From Eimeria praecox (Eukaryota): DNA of 64,000 bases. Shown here in pieces: positions 1 through 10,187 of this stretch. A program made the translations under genes and the position numbers. The notes below the pieces were generated by a model. The model did no database searches. It was not told the DNA's origin and saw only the letters and a list, made by a program, of their open reading frames with translations. Position 1 is the first letter of the stretch. Each line of letters starts with the position of its first letter. The stretch spans positions 4,154,001-4,218,000 of the forward strand of contig OY986946.1 of NCBI GenBank assembly GCA_963920595.1, in the 5' to 3' direction.

Positions 1-130
1 GCCCGTCCCAACATCTCCCTTTGCTGCGGGGTTCCTGAGGGCCTCCGAGGCCATATGCAGCCCCAGAGCGACCTAAAGGGCGCTAACTTAAGGCTTTTGG
101 CGCCCTGGAAGAGGGAAGGTCGTGTCTATG

Positions 131-2251
131 TCAGTGGCTGCACCTTTCAAGCAGCACCGCCCAGTTGTTTGTGTCGTTGTAACAGTCGAGCACCTTCACT
201 CGTTTCTCTTTGGCGCATAGCTCCAGCAGGTCCTCTCGACTGAACACTCTGTAGTACCGATAGAATGTCTCCTCCCTCTCAGAAGAGGTTGACGCCGGCG
301 GCCCGGGGGCAGCCGCAGAACCCCCAGCACCAGGCCCAGCTGCAGCGCTGCCGACGGTCTTCTGGACCTCACGAGCCCGTTCATAGTGCTTCTGGTACAC
401 CCAAGGCACCAATACTGCAACAGCAGTGGCAACAGCAACAGGGCAAAGCATGAATCATTGCACTGATGTCCATGCACAGCAATTGCACGCAGCAGCGGCG
501 AGAACAAAACTAACGCCAGCAACAGTGGAAACACAACAACGGCAGCTGCAGCCCCCGCAGTAGTCTCTTACCGTCTTGGCTAGGGAATTTGCGCTCTCCG
601 ACGCTGCCCGCCTCGTGTTCCAGGGCCCTGAAGGTCCGAAGCCACATGAAAGAGCCTACTGTGCCTTCAGCACCCGCAGAGGTGGCTATAAGCAAAGCAA
701 TTGCGTTCAGGATAGAGGATTCGAGATCCAATTAACGTTACTGTTAGAGTAGGCGGGTGGTGCTAGGGTGGGACTCTACGGCTTATGCTTAGAGTTTCCT
801 TCACCAGACGTATATCAGGATGCGGCCGCCAGGGCGCGTTATGCGCGCCAGCTCCCCCAAGGCTTGCTGCCTGTGCACATGCCCACAATGCAAACGGTGG
901 TAATGCCTGCTACTGCGACGGTACTTCTGGTTATACCTGCTGCTGCAGTGACACCGCAACCAACACCTGGTGCTGCAGCGAAGGCTCCAGTGGTATGAGC
1001 AGCCAGTACAGTAACAACAACAGCGGCCATAACAGGTGCTGCAGTAACGCAGCAATGCAGCTTGCAGCAACGCCAAGCGCCGCGCAGCAGTCCCCGCTGC
1101 CCCCAAATCAATAAGTTGTCCGTAGCTGAAGCAACGCCGTGCACGCTAGCAGCAGCAAACCAAGGAGCAATAGCGGCAGTAGCTCCAGCAGCAGCAAAAT
1201 ATCTCACCTCCTCGCTTCAGTGGTCAAGTGGTGGAGAACAGCAATGCAAATGACGCCGTCAGCGACTTCTGAGGGTTTATGCGCACATAGAATAAAGGTC
1301 CCACAGGCCTAGCGCGCGCTGCAAACCCTGATCTCTAGACCCTAACCCCTAAACCTTTAGCATGAGGCCCTTACCGTCTCTTATGCAGGTGTGAAGGCAG
1401 TCCGCCTGTAGTAGCCGTGGTCCCAAGGCGCCCTGCGGGTGCTCTAAGGCGCAGTCTAGCAGTTCTGGGGACCTGTCAAGGCCAATGGATAAGCAGCTGT
1501 AGGGACTGGAACTGTTGGTACCGCTGCTGGTGCTGCTTGTGCAATCTGGTCTGCAGTGGAGGTATTTGCCGTTGCCACATCCTACGTCCACCAAGAGGGC
1601 GTCGTAGGGCAGAGACTCGATGAAGGCAGCGACGCGGGGCCAAGGGCGGTTCCTGTGCATGCACGTCAATGGCATTTACCCACCGATTCACCTCTCAAAT
1701 CATATTCATCTTCGCCATTTCTTTGCTCATGTTCATTTGGTCGATATGCATTGAATGGAAGGTACGCACAAGGACAATGCGGAAGCCGACGGCATCACGC
1801 AAAACGCCTGTCTGAGTATGGGCTTGTCTACCGTTTACCGGTTAGCGTTTAGGGTTTAGGGTTGGGGATTTAGGCTTCTAGGGTCACCACTTGTGGATTA
1901 TTTGGCGTGAGGTTTCAGACTTTTCGCTTAGGGTATAGGGTTCAGGGCTTCGGACCTTGTGTGGCTGAAGTGGGGTGCGATTTTTGCGTAGATGGAGTCA
2001 ACGTGTTGCCTCTCCAGCGCTGCACCTAGCAGCTCTGGGGGGACAGATACAGACTCAGGGCGGCACGAACACTTTTGCTGCTGCTGCCGCCTCCGCTGCT
2101 GCTGCTGTCGGCGACGCTCACGCTTCTCTTGCTGCCTCTTCTGCTCCTGCTGCTGCTCTTGTTCTTGCAGTTCGTCTTGCAACTGCTGCTCCTGAAAGGC
2201 CTCCTGCATGCCCAAGGCAACGGATGGGCTGGAGACGCCAGCATCTCCCAT
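131..2251 (-). CDS. TRM9: tRNA wobble-uridine carboxymethyl methyltransferase, Trm9/ALKBH8 methyltransferase-domain family (7 predicted segments reduce to 6 exons)
   Basis: Six exons, 2251-1956, 1652-1375, 1268-1208, 870-805, 627-572 and 414-131, join in frame at GT-AG boundaries. The product reads LERQHVDSIYAKIAPHFSHTRNRPWP, the SAM motif VDVGCGNGKY, ICIAVLHHL, ELARITRPGGRILIYVW, QDVLVPW, YRYYRVF and NNWAV, all typical of Trm9/ALKBH8. The start ATG at 2251 is inferred. Confidence 0.85.
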
Positions 2252-2604
2252 CCTCACAAGCACAGAAGCTCTTCCCCCGTGTGCAGCAACGTCAGCACCA
2301 GCAGCCGCTGCACCAGCAGCACTGTTGGGGGAAGAAGAGATCCTCGAGTTATTCTTCCTTCTCTCCTTTAGGGGATATATGGGCCATGAAGGCAGGCGGG
2401 CTTCCCACGGGGAGTTATTGAGGGTCCCCGTGGGTCTGCTGCCCAAGGTTCCGGGGCCCCAAGGAGAGGCAGCTCTTCCGAAGCGCTCCAAGCGGGCGGG
2501 GTGGGATGAGAGTCGTGCTCTCCCCTTTCTGGCAGCACAAGTATAATTGGAAGGCACGAAGTATCAACTAGGAAGTCCGCTAAAGGGGGCCCCAGGGCAC
2601 CTGC

Positions 2605-2653
2605 GGGCCCCAAAGGTTCCTTGGGGGGCCCCAAAGGTTCCTTGGGGGCCCCC
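2605..2653. repeat. 21-bp tandem duplication (GGGCCCCAAAGGTTCCTTGGG x2) in the divergent intergenic region
   Basis: Read directly; lies between the divergent starts at 2251 (-) and 3078 (+). Confidence 0.8.
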
Positions 2654-3077
2654 TGCTAGCCCTGGAAGGCAACTGCTGTTAATGCTTTTTCCTCTATTGC
2701 TCATGTTCATGTGGCGCCTCCATTGCATTCTGCTTTGTCTCCCTCATTTCTTCTGTCTTCGCTGCGACGCAGCTCATACTAGCTGAGGGCCCCCATGGGC
2801 CCCGCTGGACGTCCAGCAGCTTCTAGTCGTCATCTTTTGTTTTATTTCTGAATTGAATCCATTGTAGATCCCCAATGCAGTATAACAACGGCAGCTGCAA
2901 AGACACCAGAAGAGGGCAGCTATGACGCAGGTTAGGAGAAACACCGCATCTAACCCCTCGTGAGGTGTGCAGTATCCCAAGCTGGGCGTAGGCCTGTGTG
3001 TGTGTGTGTGACCGCCTACACACAGGGGGTGTACACATGTGGAGAGCCCCGGGTTCTACAGCTCCCATCCACTGTAA

Positions 3078-6000
3078 ATGCCTCTTTCGACACCTCTGGA
3101 GGCACTAAATGTCTTCGTCGACTTCTTCGGGCGCACGCCAGCGGGAGTAACCAACAAGCTGCGTGTGGGTATAGGGGGCCACCAGGAGTTCCCGTACTCT
3201 CGAGTAGAGCAAGAAAACGCTTCGAATGTAGACCCAGAATTCATAGGGACCCCCTGGTTTGCTGCGCCGCCTCGGACCACCTCTCCAAAGGGGAAGAGGC
3301 GTTTCCATGAGGGGCCCTTAGAGGAGGGGCCCCGCGTGGATGGGTCCTCCGTGTTCAAATGTGGGTTCTGTGTGCCCAATCTCTTTGTCCTAACGCATGC
3401 GCACAGCGACCACCTGCGGGGCCTCCGGCCCTCATGGGGTAGAGACAATGATGAGAGCCCAGTGACCAGCAAGGGCCCCTCTGCGGGCCCTCGAGGCCCC
3501 ATCGTTTGCACTGAAATAACGCGCCAACTGCTGCTTCGCACCCACCCCAAACTGGAGCACTACCTTCTGCCCCTGAAATTACAAACCCCTTACCTCTTCC
3601 ACGTGCAGACGGCTTCCGTAGAAGCTCCTGTTGGGCATCTCACGGGGCCCTCAGGCACGACTCACCCAAGTGGACAGCACACACCCGAGGGGCCGTCGTT
3701 GCTGCATCTCAAGGCAGAGAAGGCAACAGATGGAGAAAGTAGGGGCCCTGTCTACGCACCAAATGAAGCCATCCAACCCAAGGAGGCTAAAGAGTTGCAG
3801 GCAGCGCATGCGGAAAACAGCAGCAGCAAGAACAGCTTTAGGGCATGGCAGCAGACCAGGCCATTTTTGGCTGGACCCTCACAGCTACTGGTGGAACGCG
3901 CAGCTGCCGCTGCCCTGCGCAACAGCGGCAGTAGCCCTGGTGGCACCAGCGTTTGCTGTTGCGGCCGGGCTGTCGATAGGGTATACATACAGCTGGTAGA
4001 TGCAAGGCACTGCCCGGGATCAGCATTGCTCCTGCTGCGCTCCCCTGCTGTCGGCTCTTACGTCCACACTGGAGACTTCTGCTGCAGCGGCTCCAACCTT
4101 CAGCCCCTGTTGGATCAAGTGAAGCAGGGGCTGCAGGTGCTTCAGCAGCTAGAAGACCCTGCCGCAGCTAGTGCTGCAGCAGCTGTTGCTACAGTTGAGC
4201 AAGCAGGTGACGGCGTTAGCATAGGCCCTAATGCTGCAGAAGGTGCTGAAACGCCTGAAAGTCTCGTTTCTCAGGAGCAGCAGCGGCAGCTGCATGTGGA
4301 CATGCTGTATTTAGACAGCACTTACCTGCATCCTCGTTTCTCCTTTTTATCACAGGAAGAAGCTGTAGCAAACATGAGCCTTCATGTGAGGGAGGCCCTC
4401 AAGAGAAGCCGGAGCAATGCGCTAACGATATGTGCAAGGGGCCTCCCTGAGGACCCCTCCGGGGTCCGCAACGTGCAGACTGGAGGGTTGGGGACCACCC
4501 CGCCCTCCAGTCTGCACGTTGCGGTCGGTGTAGATACACTGGGAAAGGAGTCTATATTGCAGCAGCTTGGAGCGGCGTTGAACGTTCCGATAGGGCTTTC
4601 AGAGACCCATTTTGACTCTGCTGCTGCTGGTGCTGCTGCTTCTGGTGGGCACAGTGACTGCTGCACATATAGCCTAGAAGCTTTCACGCGGGGATTTTGC
4701 TGTCCTGTAGTCAGAAAAGCCGTAAACTATCAGGTTCCTGCAAACAGCAGACACACAAGCAGCAGCACCAAGGATTGCAGGAGCCACAGAGAAATGCCCA
4801 CGTGTGGCTGCCCGTGGAGTGAGGAAGCCTCCACCAGGTCTCCTTCCTGCATGCATTACCAGCAGCAGGATGAGTTGCAGCAGCAGCAGCAGCAGTTGAA
4901 TCAGGGGGGCACAGAGGAGCTATCTGGCCAGGGCCGTGCTGCTAGTCATGCTGCTGCTGTTGCTGATGTGTGTCTGTTTGCGGTGCCCCGGCGGCAGCTC
5001 GTTAGGGTGGTTGAGGCTCTCGATTCTTCAGGGCTCCCAGCCCTGGGTCTGCTTCCGTCCGGTGAGCTCCCGCCTTTCCACTCTAAACTATAGGGGTTGG
5101 TACTGCTTGGAGCCCTTTCGAGCTACAGAAGACAGGCTCACTCAGACCAGCTGTTTGCGGCTAAGATGGTAAAGCTTAGGGTTTTTGTTTTAGTATGCGC
5201 TGCTGCTATAGTTGTTGTTGTATGCGTAGGTGGTGGTTTTTCATTTGGCGCTCTACCGTCTGTACACTCGGTTCCCATCTCTTCCCACTCTTCTTTTTCT
5301 TCTATCCTGGAGTTCGTTAAAGCCCTCAGCCCCCAAAAGGTGGTTCTCCTGGAGCCATTACCTGTTCCGTCCTGTACCTGCGCTACCCTGAGGAGGCCAG
5401 GCGCCAACCAGATTCATCAGGCAAGGGACCTTACCAGCAGCAGCGAGACGAGCAACAAGAGGAGCAACGGCAGCTGTGGAGATGGTCTGCACCAGAGCCA
5501 TAATTATGAAATGAAAGGATCGATGGCGGGGGCTCCCGAATCTAGAGATATGTGTAAGCTCCAGAGGAGTGAGCACGGGGGGGCACTAGATGAGCCTTTT
5601 GCTTTGTTATTAGATGACCCAGAGGCGTTAGACACTATCTTGCCCGTCAGGAGTAATGGACTCGAGTGTATGGGCACCTCAAGCTGCAGCGGCAGCGTCG
5701 CCCTCCCAGCCTTAGGCAACGGCTGCGCTACAAGCGCTGCAGCTGGTGGCGCTAGGGCTGCACCAAGCGGACTTGCAGCCCGAATAGGCAGCTGCAGGGT
5801 GTATGGGAATTTTAAGTATAACGGCATAGAGGGCCTTTCTGCGTTCGTTAGGGCTACAGAGGTTCCTGTAGTGATGCTGGGCAGCGGCCGGCGGCATTTC
5901 TGCCCGCATGGGGGCCCGTGCAGGGGCAAAGGGGACATCTTGCCAGCAACGGAACCCGTTTGCGGGCAGCGTGGCGACAGAAGCAGTGTCTCTGTAGGGT

Positions 6001-6185
6001 TGCTACAGCCGGTACGACAAAAGAGGGCAGCCCCGAGTCTTCCATCAATGTGCATAAGGCAACCAAGGGTGCCTCAGAGTTCCCTTGAGTCCCGTGATGC
6101 AGGGACAAACAGTGCAAGTGAGGGTGTACTGATGCCCCTAAAGAAGGTAAGCAAGACGGGGGCAGCCCTGCGGTTTGTTCTTTAA
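3078..6185 (+). CDS. DNA cross-link repair metallo-beta-lactamase/beta-CASP nuclease (SNM1/PSO2/DCLRE1 family)
   Basis: Motifs LTHAHSDHLRGL (HxHxDH), DARHCPGS, VHTGDF, LYLDSTY, DTLGKE and VPISSHSSFSSILEFVKALSP. A GT-AG intron at 5062-5229 joins ORF 3078-5093 to ORF 5097-6185 in frame (PSG-GGFSFG). Confidence 0.85.
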
Positions 6186-7221
6186 AGTTAGGGGCCTTCG
6201 TATCTTGACCGTATGCACCCTCACTGCATTGGGTAGGACATTGGAGCTCGGTTCCAATGCACGCATTCAGCGGATGTTGCAGAGGCTGAAATGCTTGTGG
6301 GCCATTTGGAGGATAGCCGCTTTCCTACATGGCAGGCCCGAGCCAACGCGGGGACGGGGGGACGTTGGAGCGGCACTGTCGCAAGCTGGTGCTAGCCATC
6401 ACAGAAGTGGCCTCGAAGACGAACGAGTTATTACACAGTCACTACTTCAAGCAACTGAACTTCGTATGGGAGAGAATGCACTTCCCCATTCCCCATACCT
6501 ACGGTGAAGCTAGGGAGAAAAGATGTTCTGATTAGAGTGGCGCCCCCGCATGCCCCTCTCATCGGCTGGAAGGCAGCTTTCCGTTACCTCCCAGATACCC
6601 TGTCCTCCCTAGCTTGTTTTGAACCCGTATGTGGCTAGCTGTGTGGGTGGCAACGCGGCACGTGCGCCTCCACTTCGGGCATATGAGGCGCACTCATATG
6701 TCCGGAGTGGAGGCGTGTTTGTGTTGTATTGCTACAGTGCTCAGCACCTCTCAGGCGATGGGTAAAGGTGCTGGCACTGTAACCATTGGGGTGGGGCATC
6801 ACTGTCCTTGAAGGCCAATGCAGCAGAATGAACGAGGGCCCATAAGGTAGCCCGTTGCGAACCCAAGCCACCAGTGCCAGCAGGTCTAACTAAGCGTAAT
6901 GTTTGATTAGTTTCTCTCTCCTTTAATATCTTTTTTCAATCCTCCTTGCGTTTCTGAAGTATGCTTTCGGGATCCGCGCCCGGACCTGCCGAAGGCCTTG
7001 CGCTCTGGGGCCCCCGCTGGTTCAGCCGCTGTAGTGACGCGGTGGACCAGCGTAAGTTTTTGTATGCTTTTTTTACCTTTTTATGACAGAGTTTTGATTT
7101 AGAGCATTAAAAAGGAATCAACGCCCGTTCCCACACGCACTTCCTTATTTTCGAGGCCCCTGTTGTGCCTCGACGACCAGTGACCTTCCTTAAAAGGCCT
7201 TTGTTTTTTGCTCTCATACAG

Positions 7222-8700
7222 ATGGCTACATGGGTGTTTTTTAGGCTTCCAGACAAAGCCCTTTTGGGATGTTATGGCGCATGTGCTGCCAAAAAGCAAA
7301 TGACCGCACGGCGGCTGGTGGGGGCCCTCAAGGGGCCCCATCCTTCCTCATCGACCCCTCTGGCAGGGCACAGTGGCAGCCTTTTCTCCGCACTTACAAG
7401 AACAAACACAGAAGCTGGGATGCCTCGTACACGGCAGCGAACTTTGCCTTCAGGTGCGGCAGCAGCTGCAGCACCAACAACAGCAGCAACAGCAGCAACA
7501 ACAAAAGCAGCAACAGCAGCAATAACAGCAACAACAGCAACAGGGGCGGCCACAGCAACATCTGGAAAGCTGGCCAACTGCCGTGTTTTCGACAGATGCA
7601 CAACATCCCCAGGCGTCTTGCTGTCATCCGTTCTTCGGCACCAGTATTACCAGAGGCCCCTTCGCCGTCTGCTGACTACAGCGTCAACAGGGGCCCCATC
7701 TGGGTCCCCTCCAGTGGCAGCAGCACCACCAGTGGCCCCTGAAGGAGCAGAAGGGCCCGCAGGTGAGGTGGCAGGGGCCCCTGAGATTCGCTTTGATCTA
7801 TCGCGGATTCCGGGAACGGAAAATGCGCGGGATGGCCTTCTGGCGTTGATATTCACATGCTGTAAATGCAATACAAGGTCTGCCAAGAAGTTTTCGAAGG
7901 TTAGGCAAAAACAGTTACTTAAGGGAACGGCTAGCAACAGCAGCACATGCAGCAGCAGCCAGATGAAGCGGAGGCGGCTACTGGAGCGGCGACTAGAGCA
8001 ACAGCGAGTGTGGGAACGCTTACAACAGCAACGGCTGTAGCTTCAGTGACTGCAAAAGCAGCATCGTCAGGGAATGCTTGTTTCGGTCTGTTGCTTCTGC
8101 AGGTTGCGTACACGAAAGGGGTGGTGATAGTGCGGTGTCCAGGCTGCAATAACTGTAGGGCTACCCCCTAGTTGTAGTTTTTCTACTTGTAGTTTTGCTA
8201 ATTTAACCGGTGCCTGCGTGTTTAAAAAACTGAGCAAGAAGATTCACCTTCTGTGGGGGTAGTGAACTCTGTTTTTTAAAACACAGCCTTAGGGTTGAGG
8301 TTTTGAGGTTTAGAGTCAGAGGCTTGTGACCAAGGTTTTGTGTGGGTGCAGTACACTTGGTGGCGGATCGTTTGAAGTGGTTCGGGGAGGAGGAAAGTGA
8401 TGTGGAGACGATTTTGGCTGCGAAGGGCGAGAAAGTGCTGCGGACGTTAACAGGCAAGCAGAGGCTTTGTATTAGGATTTTGAACGGAGTGCTCAGTAGG
8501 ACTAAGGCTGTAAGAACTAGGGTTAATAGGTAGGGTTTAGGGTATCTGTTTGTGATATGCCAAGGATTCTTCGCCTTGCTGCCTGTGTTGTTGTCTCTGG
8601 CTGTTACTTTTCTCTTTGCAGCTGCCCACGTGGTGGAGATTGAGGGGTTGAACGACAGCGAGCAGACAGCTGACCAGCCACCACCAAACTCAAAACCCTA
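7222..8700 (+). CDS. DNL-type zinc-finger protein (Zim17/Tim15/Hep1-like mitochondrial Hsp70 escort)
   Basis: Exons 7222 (or 7300)-7899, 8103-8154, 8352-8453 and 8622-8700 give LIFTCCKCNTRSAKKFSKVAYTKGVVIVRCPGCNNLHLVADRLKWFGEEESDVETILAAKGEKV, the zf-DNL signature. The N-terminus is Arg/Ser/Ala-rich like a presequence. The last intron appears to be GC-AG. Confidence 0.85.
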
Positions 8701-9277
8701 ACCACAAAATGCGCAGGGCTTTGAGGATGGCTGTTGCCTCGGGGTACTCAGGCTGTGCTTGCTATCCCTCATTTGAGAACTCTTATATGTGTGTATAGAC
8801 ACAATATAAACGCATATATGGTTTGTTTGAAATAGTCTTTTATGACCCATATGAACCTGCAGGCCGTTGAAACACCAAGCAGCTGCATCTTTTGTGTCTT
8901 GGTTGATTTTAACAGCTTCAGAGCACAACTCCCAACTGCCTACCACAGCTTTCAGTATACGCAGCCACAGTCATCTAACGCACTCCTATGCGCGGAAGCG
9001 TCTGCCACCAGCGAAGGGCTTCATGATGACGAGGATATGCAGAGAATTCAGCGATCCTCGTCCCAGTATGCATCCGTCTTGCCAGTTCAGTTGCCTGCTT
9101 TTGCGTGCCTCTAGGTTTCAAGGGTTATTAATTGCAAACGGTTTCTGGCGATAGCGCCCATGTGAAAGATTCTTTTACCGAGCAGAACGCATCGCAGTTG
9201 TGCCTTTGTGCAGCATACCGAGAAAAAAAAACAACCTGCATATGTTTTAGCCTTCCATTTAGCCACTGGAACTTATA

Positions 9278-9280
<3 letters not shown>

Positions 9281-9337
<57 letters not shown>
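9281..9337. repeat. (TA)n microsatellite
   Basis: Read directly. Confidence 0.95.
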
Positions 9338-9339
<2 letters not shown>

Positions 9340-9887
9340 CACCATAGGACAGCTGGCAGACACTTGCTCATCCTGACGGACCTGTTACCCGCTGTTGCTA
9401 CAGGCAAGTACAAGTATAGTAACGAAGACGCTAATGCGTTCAAGAGAAAAGGCTACACGCCTCTTGGGGGCATCAACAAGTTGATTGCCCCTTTAACTCA
9501 CCCAGGGTGAGGAGAGGGAATCACGGTGAAACGCATTTATAGGAGACACCCTGCAACCGGCGATTTAGGCTAAGATTCCTAGAGTGTAAATATCGCTTAG
9601 CCCATTTCTCCTACCATCAGTTCATCATTACGGTGAATATCTTGGAAGGGCAAAGTGCACCAGTCTTGCAGCGGTTCGCAAGGCATTTGTTCTCAGAGCA
9701 CTTCGCAGTGTAGCCTGTGTGACCACACTGACGGTGTGGTAAAATATAGTAACCCTAGCGTTCTGCTGGGGTGATAGGGAGAGGGCATGTTTGCCTCCGA
9801 TTTGCACCTGTGCACTTGCAGGCAATGGGAATAATAATAGGGATCCATGCCCTCGTTACATTGTCAGTTTTCCCACGTAGAAATGGC

Positions 9888-9933
9888 ATACCTGGCACTA
9901 AAAAGTTATATATAACTTTTTAGTGCCAGGTAT
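9888..9933. repeat. 46-bp perfect palindrome with no spacer
   Basis: ATACCTGGCACTAAAAAGTTATA is followed immediately by its exact reverse complement TATAACTTTTTAGTGCCAGGTAT. Confidence 0.95.
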
Positions 9934-10187
9934 TCCCTTTTTGGTGCAAGTTCTTTGCTCTCCTTTGTCGTACAGCGGCACCGGTCGCTGGCGCCCTGGG
10001 GTCACCTCCGGTTCTGTGATGACCGGTGGTCAAGCCGCCGTACGGATTCTTAAGTGTGCACCTTCAAACAAGCAATTCTAGCTTCAGTAGACCATAAAAG
10101 GTGGAAGGACATGTCTAATTGTGTTTGCTAAATATTTTTTTGATATACTTGTCCTTTCTGGCCTAAATCTGTCCTACCCGTGGCAAA

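Noticed and set aside
5091..5097. Stop-codon readthrough or split gene between ORFs 3078-5093 and 5097-6185
   Set aside because: An ordinary GT-AG intron at 5062-5229 removes the stop and keeps the frame.
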